Shown here: one piece after another, positions 1 through 9,676 of the stretch
Position numbering within the stretch: the stretch's first letter is position 1
How the letters are laid out: every line of letters begins with the position of its first letter
DNA from: an uncultured Gammaproteobacteria bacterium
GTDB lineage: Bacteria; Patescibacteriota; Microgenomatia; Levybacterales; UBA12049
Reading direction: 5' to 3'
NCBI GenBank assembly: GCA_964562445.1
Contig: CAZLSZ010000001.1
Coordinates: 10,755-74,754, forward strand
Length of the DNA stretch: 64,000 nucleotides
Notes under the pieces: model-generated
What the model saw: only the letters and a program-made list of their open reading frames with translations
Told to the model about the DNA's origin: nothing
Databases searched by the model: none
Made by a program: the position numbers and the translations under genes

Positions 1-1
1 T

Positions 2-1129
2 CACGTCGACCACGGTAAAACCACAACAACTGCAGCTATCACTTCCGTTCTTGCAAAGAAGGGAATGGCGCAGGCTCGTTCATATGCAGACATTGATAAT
101 GCTCCTGAAGAAAGAGCTCGAGGCGTCACGATTAATATTTCACATCAAGAGTATGAGACAGAAACACGCCATTATGCTCATATTGATGCTCCAGGTCATG
201 CTGACTATATCAAAAACATGATTACCGGCGCAGCACAGATGGACGGAGCGATCCTTGTTGTTTCAGCTCCTGACGGTCCGATGCCGCAAACACGAGAACA
301 TATCCTTCTTGCCCGCCAAGTAGGTGTACCATCCATTGTTGTCTTCCTTAATAAGACAGATATGGTAGAAGATGAAGAACTCCTTGAACTTGTTGAAATG
401 GAAATCCGCGAACTCCTCTCCAAATATCAATATCCGGGCGATGACACTCCAATTATTAGAGGATCAGCATTGAAAGCAATTGAAGGAGATCCGAAGGCAG
501 AACAAGCTATATTAGATCTCGTAGCAAAAGTTGATGAATATGTCCCGACACCGGAACGCGCACTGGATAAGCCATTCCTTATGCCTGTAGAAGATGTTTT
601 CTCTATTAAAGGCCGCGGAACAGTTGTCACCGGAAGAATTGAAAGAGGTATTGTCAAGGTAAATGAGCCTGTGGAAATCGTCGGATTGGATAAAAATAAG
701 ACATCTGTTGTAACTGGAGTTGAGATGTTTAAGAAACAGCTTGATGAAGGACAAGCAGGAGATAATGTCGGACTTTTACTTCGAGGTCTTGAGAAAACTG
801 ATGTCGAAAGAGGACAGGTTATTGCAAAACCGGGTACGACGACACCACACACAGAGTTTGAAGCTGAAGCATATGTCTTAACCAAAGAAGAAGGTGGACG
901 ACATACACCGTTTTTCAAAGGTTATCGTCCACAGTTCTATATCAGAACAACTGATGTTACCGGTAACGTAACTCTTCCGGATGGTGTCGAAATGGTTATG
1001 CCTGGAGACACAACCAAAATGACTGTTAAATTAATTGTACCTGTCGCACTTGAAGAAGGTATGCGATATGCTATCCGCGAAGGTGGACGCACAGTAGGTG
1101 CAGGTGTTATTACAAAAATTATTAAATAA
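2..1129 (+). CDS. tuf: elongation factor Tu (5' partial; continues upstream of window)
   Basis: Open in-frame from nt 2 ([14 protein letters not shown]... = end of G1 region). Motifs DAPGHADY and NKTD. C-terminal beta-barrel domains conserved. Confidence 0.95.
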   Translation, partial: HVDHGKTTTTAAITSVLAKKGMAQARSYADIDNAPEERARGVTINISHQEYETETRHYAHIDAPGHADYIKNMITGAAQMDGAILVVSAPDGPMPQTREHILLARQVGVPSIVVFLNKTDMVEDEELLELVEMEIRELLSKYQYPGDDTPIIRGSALKAIEGDPKAEQAILDLVAKVDEYVPTPERALDKPFLMPVEDVFSIKGRGTVVTGRIERGIVKVNEPVEIVGLDKNKTSVVTGVEMFKKQLDEGQAGDNVGLLLRGLEKTDVERGQVIAKPGTTTPHTEFEAEAYVLTKEEGGRHTPFFKGYRPQFYIRTTDVTGNVTLPDGVEMVMPGDTTKMTVKLIVPVALEEGMRYAIREGGRTVGAGVITKIIK

Positions 1130-1170
1130 TAACACAATTTAATAGAGATCTTTAACAGTCTGTTGGTATT

Positions 1171-1479
1171 ATGGCAAAAGGAAGAATTAGAGTCCGTTTG
1201 AAGAGTTATGATGCACGTGTCCTAGACACTTGTTGTCAGCAAATTTTAGATTCCGTCATCAGAACGGGAGCTAAAGTGGTAGGACCGGTTCCATTGCCTA
1301 CTGATAGAAGTGTATATACGGTAAATAAGTCACCTTTTATCGATAAAAATGCCCGCGATCATTATGAAATTAAAATTCATAAGCGGCTCATTGATATCAT
1401 TTCGCCGACAGACAAAACGATCGATAGTTTAACAAATTTGTCGTTACCAGCAGGTGTAGATGTAGAGCTGAAGATGTAA
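1171..1479 (+). CDS. rpsJ: 30S ribosomal protein S10
   Basis: 102 aa. RIRVRLKSYD...PLPTDRSVYTVNKSPF...DHYEIKIHKRLIDI, classic uS10. Confidence 0.95.
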   Translation: MAKGRIRVRLKSYDARVLDTCCQQILDSVIRTGAKVVGPVPLPTDRSVYTVNKSPFIDKNARDHYEIKIHKRLIDIISPTDKTIDSLTNLSLPAGVDVELKM

Positions 1480-1608
1480 TCTTTGTCTCTACTTTTCAAA
1501 CGTTAATGCCCAATAAAGTAAACATGCTGATTGTATGATTGATTAAAAAAGCCTAATTATGGCCACCCCGTTTAGAGGGGCTCATATCATTAATATTGAT
1601 TTGAAGAG

Positions 1609-1633
1609 GTAGCCTAATGGCTATCTTTTTTTT
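1609..1633 (+). terminator. intrinsic-terminator-like hairpin in rpsJ-rplC spacer
   Basis: Stem gtagcc/ggctat with loop taat, followed by an 8-T tract. Sits in an unusual 190-bp spacer inside the S10 cluster. Confidence 0.45.
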
Positions 1634-1670
1634 GTCATAAAATTAGTCAGGTTCAAAATAATAAAAAAAT

Positions 1671-2588
1671 ATGATACAAACACTGATTGGTCAGAAAATT
1701 GATCAGACACAAAAATTTTTGGAGAACGGGAGAAGAATACCCGTTACGGAAGTCGCTGTTGCAGATAATTTTGTCGTGCAGGTAAAAACGACTGAAAAAG
1801 ACGCGTACACAGCTGTTCAATTAGGATGGGGAATCAAGAAGAAACCTTTTAAGGCTGCCTCAGGTCATGCAGGAAAGGCAAAACTTACAAACGTTCCCAC
1901 TGTTTTGCGGGAAGTACGTTTGCAGGATGAGAATGATCTTCCTGAAGTAGGTTCGGCAATTTCACTAGATACGGTATTTAAACCGGGAGATATCATCGAT
2001 GTGAGCGGTGTCTCCAAAGGAAAAGGCTTTGCCGGTGGTGTGAAGCGATATAACTTCAGAGGCGGTCCGAAAACACATGGTCAGTCAGACAGACATCGTG
2101 CACCGGGTTCAATCGGTCAGGGAACGACGCCGGGACGCGTGTATAAAGGAAAGAAAATGGCAGGACACATGGGAGATGAAGATGTCACGATCAAAAATCT
2201 CACTGTTGTCGATGTGGACGCGGAGAATAAAAAATTATACGTATTGGGGCTTCTCCCCGGTACAAAAAAATCAACCGTTGTGATTACTGTAACAGGCGAA
2301 ATGAAGAACTTTGTCCCATTGTTAAAGATAGAAACCTCTGCAAAGCAGAGCTCTGAAGATGTTGCAGAGCAGAATAGTGAGTCTGCAAAACAGGATGAAG
2401 AAGTAAAAGAAGCTGTTTCTGAAGTGGCAACCGAAGAACCAAAAGAGGACGTCTCTGCAAAGCAGAGTAAAGATGAGGTACAGGAGGCAGCAAAAGAAGA
2501 CAGTGCAGAAGAGAAGAGTGAATCTGTACAGGAAGAAAAAGCTGAAGAGAAAGAAGAAGTGAAGGAGGAAAAGGAAGATGGCAAGTAA
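1671..2588 (+). CDS. rplC: 50S ribosomal protein L3 with ~95-aa acidic K/E-rich C-terminal extension
   Basis: uL3 core (GWGIKKKPFKAASGH..., FRGGPKTHGQSDRHRAPGSIGQGTTPGRV) then tail SAKQSSEDVAEQ...[18 protein letters not shown]. Confidence 0.92.
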   Translation: MIQTLIGQKIDQTQKFLENGRRIPVTEVAVADNFVVQVKTTEKDAYTAVQLGWGIKKKPFKAASGHAGKAKLTNVPTVLREVRLQDENDLPEVGSAISLDTVFKPGDIIDVSGVSKGKGFAGGVKRYNFRGGPKTHGQSDRHRAPGSIGQGTTPGRVYKGKKMAGHMGDEDVTIKNLTVVDVDAENKKLYVLGLLPGTKKSTVVITVTGEMKNFVPLLKIETSAKQSSEDVAEQNSESAKQDEEVKEAVSEVATEEPKEDVSAKQSKDEVQEAAKEDSAEEKSESVQEEKAEEKEEVKEEKEDGK

Positions 2589-3399
2589 CACAAAACTGAA
2601 AACTGAAAATAAAGAAAAGGAAGTAAAAACGATGAAAAAAACAGTAAAAGCTGAGAAAAAAGTGGTAGTAAAAGCCGAGGATGTGAAAGCAGAAGGACAA
2701 ATATCTGTTACTCCTAAGCGTATAGTGAAGAAGGAGAAGGCTATGGATGCCGTGAATTTGAGCGTAAATGTACTGGGAATTGACGGGAAAGCGGCAGGAA
2801 AGATGGATCTTCCTGAAGAATTGTTCGGGCAGAAAATTAATAAAACGCTTATCGCGCAGGCTGTCAGAGTATTTTTGGTGAATCAGCGGCAAGGAAACGC
2901 GTCTACAAAGACCAGAGGTGAAGTTGACGGATCAAGTAAAAAGATTTATCGACAAAAAGGTACAGGGCGCGCGCGCCATGGTACCTTGCGCGCGCCAATA
3001 TTTGTCAAGGGAGGTATTGTATTCGGACCCAAACCTCGCGACTACAATCTGAGTCTGCCGCAGAAGATGAAGCAGAAGGCTTTGGTCAGCGCGTTGTCCG
3101 CGAAGGTGAAAGACAGTCAGATTTCGGTTATTTCCGGACTTGCATCTCTGGAGCCCAAAACAAAATTATTTGCGGAAATGCTCGAAAAGATCGGATTGAC
3201 TGATAAAAAGATAAATGTGTTGTTTGTCATGTCTCCTGAATTGCAGAAAGCACGACGCGCGGGACAAAATATTCAGGGAGTACAATTTGCAAATGCAGCG
3301 CAGTTGAATGTATATGAAGTCATGCGAGCAAAGACAGTTGTGTTGGATAAAACAGTGATTGCTCTTCTGCAACAGAGAGTAAAAAAGGAGGATAAATAA
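2578..3399 (+). CDS. rplD: 50S ribosomal protein L4 with K-rich N-terminal extension
   Basis: uL4 motif [33 protein letters not shown]. First ATG at 2578 overlaps the rplC stop. Alternative start ATG at 2743 (MDAVNLSV...) cannot be excluded. Confidence 0.85.
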   Translation: MASNTKLKTENKEKEVKTMKKTVKAEKKVVVKAEDVKAEGQISVTPKRIVKKEKAMDAVNLSVNVLGIDGKAAGKMDLPEELFGQKINKTLIAQAVRVFLVNQRQGNASTKTRGEVDGSSKKIYRQKGTGRARHGTLRAPIFVKGGIVFGPKPRDYNLSLPQKMKQKALVSALSAKVKDSQISVISGLASLEPKTKLFAEMLEKIGLTDKKINVLFVMSPELQKARRAGQNIQGVQFANAAQLNVYEVMRAKTVVLDKTVIALLQQRVKKEDK

Positions 3400-3401
3400 G
3401 T

Positions 3402-3701
3402 ATGAATGCGCCGGTAATTATCAGACCATTAGTAACCGAAAAAGCGATGTCCGAGGCAAATAAAGACAAATACAGCTTTATCGTCGCAAAGGACGCGACA
3501 AAATCGCAAATAAAATATGCGGTAAAGAAAATGTTTAATGTGACAGCTGTCAGTATCGCGACCAGTATTGTGAAAGGAAAGTCTCATCGGGTCGGGATGC
3601 GACGGGCAGAAGTACAAAAGGCGGATTTCAAAAAAGCCATTGTCACCCTGAAAAAAGGTGATAGAATAGCGTTTGCAGAATCCGGAGCGGAGGGAAAGTA
3701 A
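3402..3701 (+). CDS. rplW: 50S ribosomal protein L23
   Basis: 99 aa, uL23 fold sequence ([10 protein letters not shown]...KYSFIV...AVKKMFNV). Confidence 0.9.
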   Translation: MNAPVIIRPLVTEKAMSEANKDKYSFIVAKDATKSQIKYAVKKMFNVTAVSIATSIVKGKSHRVGMRRAEVQKADFKKAIVTLKKGDRIAFAESGAEGK

Positions 3702-3702
3702 T

Positions 3703-4467
3703 ATGAGTGCATTAAAAACAATAAAAAAGAAACATTCGGGACGAGACGCAAGCGGACAGGTAGTGGTGCGCCATCAGGGCGGCGCGCATAAGAGATATTT
3801 GCGCAGCATTGACTTTAAGCGCAATAAACAGCCGTCAATTGTGGGTAAAGTCATCGGAATTGAATATGATCCGAATAGAACTTGTGATATTGCTCTGGTA
3901 CAATACACAGATGGGGAGAAAAGATATATTCTTGCTCCGCAAGGATTGACGAAAAATGATACAATTGCTTCCGGAAAAGGAGTAGATATCAAAGTCGGTA
4001 ACGCGCTTCCGTTGGGAGACATGCCCGCGGGTACGTTTGTGCATAATATCGAGTTGACACCCGGTAAGGGCGGACAGATTGCTCGAGGCGCCGGTACAGG
4101 TGCCATCGTGAATGCGAAAGAAGGAGATTATGTCTTCTTAAAGATGCCGTCAGGAGAAATCCGACGTGTACATGTCAATTGTATGGCTACGGTCGGTCAG
4201 GTCGGGAATGTCGAGTGGAAAAACGAAGTAATCGGTAAAGCTGGACGATCCCGAAATATGGGCAGACGGCCAAGTGTTCGTGGTGTGGCTATGAATCCGA
4301 GATCTCATCCTCACGGAGGAGGAGAAGCGAAATCCGGAGTCGGTATGAAGAGTCCCAAGACCTATGCTGGTCGTAAGGCTGTCGGTAAGACCAGACGCCC
4401 GAATAAATATTCGGATAAGTATATCGTAACTCGAAGAAAGGGAGGAAAACATAATCCTACCAAATAA
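3703..4467 (+). CDS. rplB: 50S ribosomal protein L2
   Basis: Start chosen at ATG 3703, directly after the rplW stop. [17 protein letters not shown]..., [31 protein letters not shown]. Confidence 0.93.
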   Translation: MSALKTIKKKHSGRDASGQVVVRHQGGAHKRYLRSIDFKRNKQPSIVGKVIGIEYDPNRTCDIALVQYTDGEKRYILAPQGLTKNDTIASGKGVDIKVGNALPLGDMPAGTFVHNIELTPGKGGQIARGAGTGAIVNAKEGDYVFLKMPSGEIRRVHVNCMATVGQVGNVEWKNEVIGKAGRSRNMGRRPSVRGVAMNPRSHPHGGGEAKSGVGMKSPKTYAGRKAVGKTRRPNKYSDKYIVTRRKGGKHNPTK

Positions 4468-4469
4468 TT

Positions 4470-4754
4470 ATGAGTAGAAGTAGTAAAAAAGGACCATATA
4501 TTGATGAGAAATTACTGAAAAAGGTAATGACTCAAAAACAAAATAATAAACATGATGGAATCAAAACATGGGCGCGTGCCAGTCAGATTCCTCCGGAATT
4601 TGTCGGACATACATTGATGATCCATAACGGAAAGCATTTTATTTCCGTATTGATTAATGAAAGTATGGTCGGACACAGACTTGGTGAATTCTCACCGACA
4701 CGAACATTTAGAGGGCATGGTAAGGTTGTGGCACGTGAGGTAAGTAAGACATAA
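4470..4754 (+). CDS. rpsS: 30S ribosomal protein S19
   Basis: [18 protein letters not shown]...HNGKHFISV...[19 protein letters not shown]. Confidence 0.95.
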   Translation: MSRSSKKGPYIDEKLLKKVMTQKQNNKHDGIKTWARASQIPPEFVGHTLMIHNGKHFISVLINESMVGHRLGEFSPTRTFRGHGKVVAREVSKT

Positions 4755-4755
4755 T

Positions 4756-5226
4756 ATGGAAGTACGAGCATTTTCAAAATCAGTTCGAGTAAGTCCGAGA
4801 AAAATGCGTTTGGTAGCAGATGCGATTCGCAATTTGCCTATTGAAGAAGCATATCGGGTGCTTGCGGTGACGCAAAAGCGCGCGGCACAGGGTATTGTAA
4901 AAACGCTCAATAGCGCGGTCGCGAATGCGGTAAATAATGCGAAGCTTGAGAGAAAAAATTTGGTAATCGACAGTGTAATGGTCAATGAAGCGCCGGCAAT
5001 GAAACGATTCCGACCGTCGACACGAGGGAGAATTCATCCCTACAAGAAGCGGGGTAGTCATCTGACGATTGTGCTTACTGAAAAGGTTGTTGTCGCTAAA
5101 CCCGTTGCCAATGCAAAGCCTGCATCGTCGGTAAAAGCAGACGCAAAAGAACAAGTACAGGTTGATGCGGAAGCGCCAAAAGCGGAAACAAAGAAAAAAG
5201 ATATGAAAAAGGAGGTAAAAAAATAA
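4756..5226 (+). CDS. rplV: 50S ribosomal protein L22 with A/K-rich C-terminal extension
   Basis: uL22 core (RVSPRKMRLVADAIRN...) plus tail AKPVANAKPASSVKADAKEQ...KKDMKKEVKK. Confidence 0.9.
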   Translation: MEVRAFSKSVRVSPRKMRLVADAIRNLPIEEAYRVLAVTQKRAAQGIVKTLNSAVANAVNNAKLERKNLVIDSVMVNEAPAMKRFRPSTRGRIHPYKKRGSHLTIVLTEKVVVAKPVANAKPASSVKADAKEQVQVDAEAPKAETKKKDMKKEVKK

Positions 5227-5883
5227 ATGGGACAGAAAGTAAATCCACATGTTATCAGACTTGGGGCAGTACATACATGGAATAGTCGCTGGTTTGATGA
5301 GAAGTCATACAAAACAGTGTTGCTTGAAGATTATGGTCTTCGAAAGATGTTGATGACTAGGCTGCGCTCGGCAGGTGTGGCAAAAGTGGAGATTGAAAGG
5401 TCCATTAATAGTCTCAAAATTATTATTCATGTTTCTCGTCCGGGTATCGTGATCGGACGGGGAGGATCAGGACTTGAAGAATTGAAGAAAGCGATTACGG
5501 CATTTTTTGCAAAAATCCGCGGGGGAAAGCAATTGCCAAAGATTGATATCCGAGTTGAGCCGATTAAAGAACCGAATCTCAATGCGTATCTTGTTGCAAA
5601 TAATGTGGCAGATCAGTTGGTACGCAGGCTGCCGTTTAAGAGAATTCTCAATTCAACAGCAGAACGTGTTATGGGCTCGGGCGCATTGGGTGTGAAGATT
5701 CTGCTTACCGGACGTATCGGAGGAGCGGAAATAGGCAGACGTGAGAAGATTCATATTGGGACAGTACCATTGTCAACAATCCGGGAAGATATCAGTTATG
5801 CACAGTTCCCTGCATTGACCAAAAAGGGATATATCGGCGTAAAAGTATGGATCAATAGACCTGAGGGAGGAGACACAGTTTAG
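5227..5883 (+). CDS. rpsC: 30S ribosomal protein S3
   Basis: KH and S3-C domains: [12 protein letters not shown]..., [19 protein letters not shown]. Confidence 0.95.
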   Translation: MGQKVNPHVIRLGAVHTWNSRWFDEKSYKTVLLEDYGLRKMLMTRLRSAGVAKVEIERSINSLKIIIHVSRPGIVIGRGGSGLEELKKAITAFFAKIRGGKQLPKIDIRVEPIKEPNLNAYLVANNVADQLVRRLPFKRILNSTAERVMGSGALGVKILLTGRIGGAEIGRREKIHIGTVPLSTIREDISYAQFPALTKKGYIGVKVWINRPEGGDTV

Positions 5884-5884
5884 T

Positions 5885-6295
5885 ATGTTAATGCCGAAGC
5901 GACAAAAGTATCGAAAGCAGATGCGTCTCAATATGAAAGGCGTCGCGAGTCGCGGGACGAAATTATCGTTTGGGGACTATGGTCTGCAGACGATGAGTAC
6001 CGGTTGGATCAGCGCGAGACAGATTGAATCGGCGAGACGCGCGATCAGTAATTATACACAGCGAGGCGGAAGAACATGGATTTGTATTTTCCCAGATAAG
6101 CCGATTACCAAGAAACCGGCTGAGGTGAGAATGGGTGGCGGAAAAGGAGATATTCAGGAATATGTAGCTCCTGTCAAGCCGGGACGCATTATGTTTGAGA
6201 TGACCGGTGTTTCTGAGGAAGTTGCACGGGAGGCATTACGTCTAGCATCACATAAATTGCCGGTAAAAACAAGAATCTTGGTAAAAGGACAATAA
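5885..6295 (+). CDS. rplP: 50S ribosomal protein L16
   Basis: [14 protein letters not shown]...[25 protein letters not shown]. Confidence 0.95.
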   Translation: MLMPKRQKYRKQMRLNMKGVASRGTKLSFGDYGLQTMSTGWISARQIESARRAISNYTQRGGRTWICIFPDKPITKKPAEVRMGGGKGDIQEYVAPVKPGRIMFEMTGVSEEVAREALRLASHKLPVKTRILVKGQ

Positions 6296-6298
6296 TAT

Positions 6299-6586
6299 AT
6301 GAAAAAAGCGGATAAAAAAGAATTAAAAATGAAATCGGTAAGTGAATTACAGAAGCACTTACAGGATGGATATGAAATATTGGCACAATTGCGAATGGAC
6401 AATATCCAAAGTAAATTGAAAAATACGAGAAGTATTACCAATACCCGAAAGGATATTGCCGTGATTAAGACAATGATTGTGGAGAAATCATATGAACCGG
6501 AAGAACAGAAAGAGCCGGTAGAAAAAAAGAAGGAAGAGAAACCGGTGAAAAAAACTAAAGAAAAGGAGGAAAAAGGGAAAAAGTAG
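6299..6586 (+). CDS. rpmC: 50S ribosomal protein L29 with K/E-rich C-terminal extension
   Basis: uL29 helix-rich core (LKMKSVSELQKHLQDGYEILAQLRM) then EPEEQKEPVEKKKEEKPVKKTKEKEEKGKK. Confidence 0.85.
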   Translation: MKKADKKELKMKSVSELQKHLQDGYEILAQLRMDNIQSKLKNTRSITNTRKDIAVIKTMIVEKSYEPEEQKEPVEKKKEEKPVKKTKEKEEKGKK

Positions 6587-6617
6587 CTCATAACGACGCT
6601 ACAACCCATAACTAACT

Positions 6618-6854
6618 ATGGCTAAAATATTAACAGGAAAAGTTATATCAACAAAAATGCAGAATACCGTTGTGGTGGAAGTATCTAGACGGGTGCCGCA
6701 CAGTTTGTACAAAAAACTGTTGAAGGTAAATAAACATTTTAATGTCGATACCGCCGGACAGACAGTCCAACTGGGTGATACCGTAAAGATTGTTGAGACA
6801 AAACCGATGTCAAAGACAAAGTATTTTGCAATAAAGGAAGTTGTAAAGAAATAA
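6618..6854 (+). CDS. rpsQ: 30S ribosomal protein S17
   Basis: [29 protein letters not shown]... Confidence 0.93.
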   Translation: MAKILTGKVISTKMQNTVVVEVSRRVPHSLYKKLLKVNKHFNVDTAGQTVQLGDTVKIVETKPMSKTKYFAIKEVVKK

Positions 6855-6855
6855 T

Positions 6856-7230
6856 ATGTTACAGTTACGAAGTATTGTTAAAGCAGCAGATAATTCAGGA
6901 GCCAAAGAGCTTTACATTATTCATGTGTTTGGAGGCTCCCGACGAAAGTTCGGTCGAATCGGAGACGTGGTAAATGCCGTCGTAAAGACAGCGATACCGC
7001 ATGGTCAGGTAAAAGATTCAGAAATTGTAAAAGCAGTTATTGTCCGCACTCGAAAGGAATTCAGACGGGCAGACGGGTCGTACGTCAGATTTTCTGACAA
7101 TGCAGTCGTCGTGATTGATAATCCGAAAGATAAAAATGTGCGAGGTACTCGTATTTTCGGTCCAATAGCTCGTGAGGTGCGAGACCGAGGTTTTATGAAA
7201 ATTGCCAGTATGGCAGTGGAGGTAGTATAA
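6856..7230 (+). CDS. rplN: 50S ribosomal protein L14
   Basis: [18 protein letters not shown]...[13 protein letters not shown]. Confidence 0.95.
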   Translation: MLQLRSIVKAADNSGAKELYIIHVFGGSRRKFGRIGDVVNAVVKTAIPHGQVKDSEIVKAVIVRTRKEFRRADGSYVRFSDNAVVVIDNPKDKNVRGTRIFGPIAREVRDRGFMKIASMAVEVV

Positions 7231-7234
7231 AAAT

Positions 7235-7540
7235 ATGAAAATTAAAAAAGGTGATCAAGTCGCAATAGTAGCAGGAAAAGAAAACGGTAAAAAAGGCACC
7301 GTTGAAAAAGTGCTTACCAAAGAAGCAAAAGTATTGGTGGAAGGAATGAACCAATACAAGAGGCATCTGAAGGCGCGTATGGCAAATCAAAAGTCTGAAA
7401 TAGTGACTATCACAAAACCTTTGCCGATTGCCAATGTGCAGCTGATTTGTCCGAAGTGCAAAAAAATAACACGTGTCGGATATAAGATGCTTAAAGATGA
7501 GAAGGTGCGCATTTGTAGAAAATGCAAAGCAGAAATATAA
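7235..7540 (+). CDS. rplX: 50S ribosomal protein L24 (KOW) with C-terminal CxxC-x17-CxxC zinc-ribbon-like motif
   Basis: MKIKKGDQVAIVAGKENGKKGTVEKV (KOW), then C-terminus ICPKCKKITRVGYKMLKDEKVRICRKCKAEI. Confidence 0.9.
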   Translation: MKIKKGDQVAIVAGKENGKKGTVEKVLTKEAKVLVEGMNQYKRHLKARMANQKSEIVTITKPLPIANVQLICPKCKKITRVGYKMLKDEKVRICRKCKAEI

Positions 7541-7541
7541 T

Positions 7542-8105
7542 ATGAATGTAAAAGTACAAGATAATATACAGGAAAATATAAAGGAAAATCTCGCGAAGAG
7601 CTTGGGAATTAAAAATCCTATGGCACTTCCCCGTTTGACAAAAATTGTCATTAATATGGGAGTCAAAGATGCCGTGAATGATAAAAAGTTTGTCGAGAAA
7701 ATGGGCGGAGCGCTCGCGCAGATTACCGGACAGAAGGCAAAAACAACGCGCGCAAAGAAGGCTATCGCGGGATTTAAGATCCGTCAGGGAGATGTGATCG
7801 GACTGGTTGTCACGCTTCGCGGTAAGAGAATGTATGCATTCTATGACCGATTGGTGAAGATCGTGCTTCCGCGTATTAAGGATTTCAGAGGTGTTCCGCG
7901 AAAGAGTTTTGACGGACGGGGAAATTACACACTCGGATTTCATGAGTATTCAACCTTCCCCGAGATTGATCCGGCAAGTGTCGACAAACTACAGGGAATG
8001 GAGATGGTTTTTGTCACGACGGCAAAAGACAACAAAGAAGGAATTGCATTGATCGAAACACTTGGTATGCCTTTTGCGAAGGAGGAAAAGAAGCAAGGCG
8101 AGTAA
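7542..8105 (+). CDS. rplE: 50S ribosomal protein L5
   Basis: Start at ATG 7542, just after the rplX stop. LPRLTKIVINMGVKDAV..., RGKRMYAFYDRLVKIVLPRIKDFRG. Confidence 0.93.
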   Translation: MNVKVQDNIQENIKENLAKSLGIKNPMALPRLTKIVINMGVKDAVNDKKFVEKMGGALAQITGQKAKTTRAKKAIAGFKIRQGDVIGLVVTLRGKRMYAFYDRLVKIVLPRIKDFRGVPRKSFDGRGNYTLGFHEYSTFPEIDPASVDKLQGMEMVFVTTAKDNKEGIALIETLGMPFAKEEKKQGE

Positions 8106-8139
8106 TGTGATATAATCACAAGGCTAAAAAGAATATAGT

Positions 8140-8325
8140 ATGGCTAAAACATCAGACATAGTAAAATATAATAAAAAATTGAAATATCCCGGTCGGGTAG
8201 TTAATATCTGTGGGATTTGCGGTCGATCAAAAGGCTATATGAGAAGATTCGGGCTTTGCAGAATTTGTTTTAGAGAACGAGCAATGAAAGGAGATTTGCC
8301 TGGCGTATTAAAGGCCAGTTGGTAA
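8140..8325 (+). CDS. rpsN: 30S ribosomal protein S14 type Z (zinc-binding, 61 aa)
   Basis: [23 protein letters not shown], the four-Cys type-Z signature. Confidence 0.93.
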   Translation: MAKTSDIVKYNKKLKYPGRVVNICGICGRSKGYMRRFGLCRICFRERAMKGDLPGVLKASW

Positions 8326-8329
8326 ACAT

Positions 8330-8719
8330 ATGAATTACGTTATAGGAGATTTTGTTATTCAATTAAAAAATGCGTCATTGGCACGCAAGAAAACTGTGGT
8401 TGCGCCGTACGCAAATCTGAGTAAAGCAGTCGCGAAGGTGCTGAAAAAAGAAGGATTTTTGGAAGATGTGAAAGAAGATGTCGTTGACGGGCACAAAGTG
8501 CTCCAAGTCGCGCTCAGATATTCACGACGCAAGCCGGTGATTACGGATGTCGACTTGGTTTCTAAACCGTCGCTTCGTACCTACGTCAATGTTTCCGAGA
8601 TTGCATCCAAGCAGGGACGGGCAACAACAGTGATTCTTTCAACCAATACTGGCGTTCTGACAGGAAAGGAGGCAATAAAAAAAGGAGTAGGAGGAGAACT
8701 TCTTTTTAAGATTTGGTAG
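8330..8719 (+). CDS. rpsH: 30S ribosomal protein S8
   Basis: IGDFVIQLKNASLARKKTV...ILSTNTGVLTGKEA. Confidence 0.93.
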   Translation: MNYVIGDFVIQLKNASLARKKTVVAPYANLSKAVAKVLKKEGFLEDVKEDVVDGHKVLQVALRYSRRKPVITDVDLVSKPSLRTYVNVSEIASKQGRATTVILSTNTGVLTGKEAIKKGVGGELLFKIW

Positions 8720-8750
8720 TTCTGCAAGGCAGAATTATGAGGAGGAATAT

Positions 8751-9302
8751 ATGTCGAAGATCGGGAAATTGCCTATCACAGTCGGAAACGGAGTTACACT
8801 TGCGGTTGATGGTACAAAAGTCACCGTGACGGGACCGAAAGGGAATGCATCTCTGGATCTTCCTGAAGGAATCGGTATCGAGCAATCCGAAGGAAAAGTG
8901 ACTGTCACAGCACAAAACAAAGAGGATCGACAAGTACGTGCGATGTATGGTTTGACTCGGGCAAATCTTGCCAATCTTATCAAAGGTGTTGATAGTGGTT
9001 TTGAAAAAAGACTCGAGATTGTCGGCGTCGGGTACAAAGCACAAATGCAGGGAACTGACTTGTCTCTTTCTCTCGGTTTTTCACATCCGGTGAAATTTAA
9101 ACCATTGCCGGGTGTTACGCTCGCTGTCGTTGATAACGGTATCAATATCTCAGGAAGTGATAAAGTCGCTGTCGGGGAAATGGCTGCAAAAATCAGAGCG
9201 GCAAAACCGCCGGAACCATACAAAGGCAAAGGCATCAAATATAAAGGAGAACAGATTAAGAGAAAGGCAGGGAAAGCTGCAAAAGCGGCAGGCGCGAAGT
9301 AG
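8751..9302 (+). CDS. rplF: 50S ribosomal protein L6
   Basis: MSKIGKLPITVGNGVT...GPKGNASL...VGVGYKAQMQG, two uL6 repeats. Confidence 0.93.
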   Translation: MSKIGKLPITVGNGVTLAVDGTKVTVTGPKGNASLDLPEGIGIEQSEGKVTVTAQNKEDRQVRAMYGLTRANLANLIKGVDSGFEKRLEIVGVGYKAQMQGTDLSLSLGFSHPVKFKPLPGVTLAVVDNGINISGSDKVAVGEMAAKIRAAKPPEPYKGKGIKYKGEQIKRKAGKAAKAAGAK

Positions 9303-9325
9303 TGCTTTGGCAATAGGATTAACAT

Positions 9326-9676
9326 ATGGATAATACAAGAACAACAGCAAAAAGACAAAGACAAATACGGGGACGAAAGAAAATTTCAAACGTCAGTGAT
9401 CGTATGCGATTGAGTGTGTACCGCTCAAATAGTTATATGTACGCGCAGATCATTGATCATAATGGTGACACGCTTGTCGGTGTTTCTGAAAAGTCATTGA
9501 GCATCGGAAGTAAAGGTACACCTGTGGAAAGAGCAAAACAGGTAGGTGTTGCTATCGCGAAAGCCGCGAAAGAGAAAAAAATTAATGATGTCGTTTTTGA
9601 TAAAGGCAGTTTCGCGTATCACGGACGCGTGAAAGCTGTCGCTGAAGGAGCCCGTGAAGGAGGATTAAATGTATGA
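9326..9676 (+). CDS. rplR: 50S ribosomal protein L18
   Basis: RMRLSVYRSNSYMYAQIIDHNGDTLVGVSE...AYHGRVKAVAEGAREGGL. Confidence 0.93.
   Translation: MDNTRTTAKRQRQIRGRKKISNVSDRMRLSVYRSNSYMYAQIIDHNGDTLVGVSEKSLSIGSKGTPVERAKQVGVAIAKAAKEKKINDVVFDKGSFAYHGRVKAVAEGAREGGLNV

Noticed and set aside
205-1137. Minus-strand ORFs (205..423, 427..918, 512..754, 937..1137) inside tuf, and similar antisense ORFs throughout the ribosomal operon (e.g. 3774..4106, 4692..4985, 7193..7666, 8735..9364)
   Set aside because: Shadow ORFs opposite highly conserved, strongly biased coding sequence. No independent start/RBS logic or motifs.
2117-2892. Low-complexity antisense ORFs (2117..2593, 2284..2892, 2322..2591) opposite the rplC tail and rplD head
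   Set aside because: Artefacts of the K/E-rich repeat coding region. They are Ser/Phe/Leu-rich nonsense.
2945-2995. GC-rich near-palindrome ggcgcgcgcgccatggtaccttgcgcgcgcc inside rplD
   Set aside because: It encodes the conserved uL4 motif [13 protein letters not shown], so it is explained by protein constraint plus codon choice. It is not in an intergenic or leader position.
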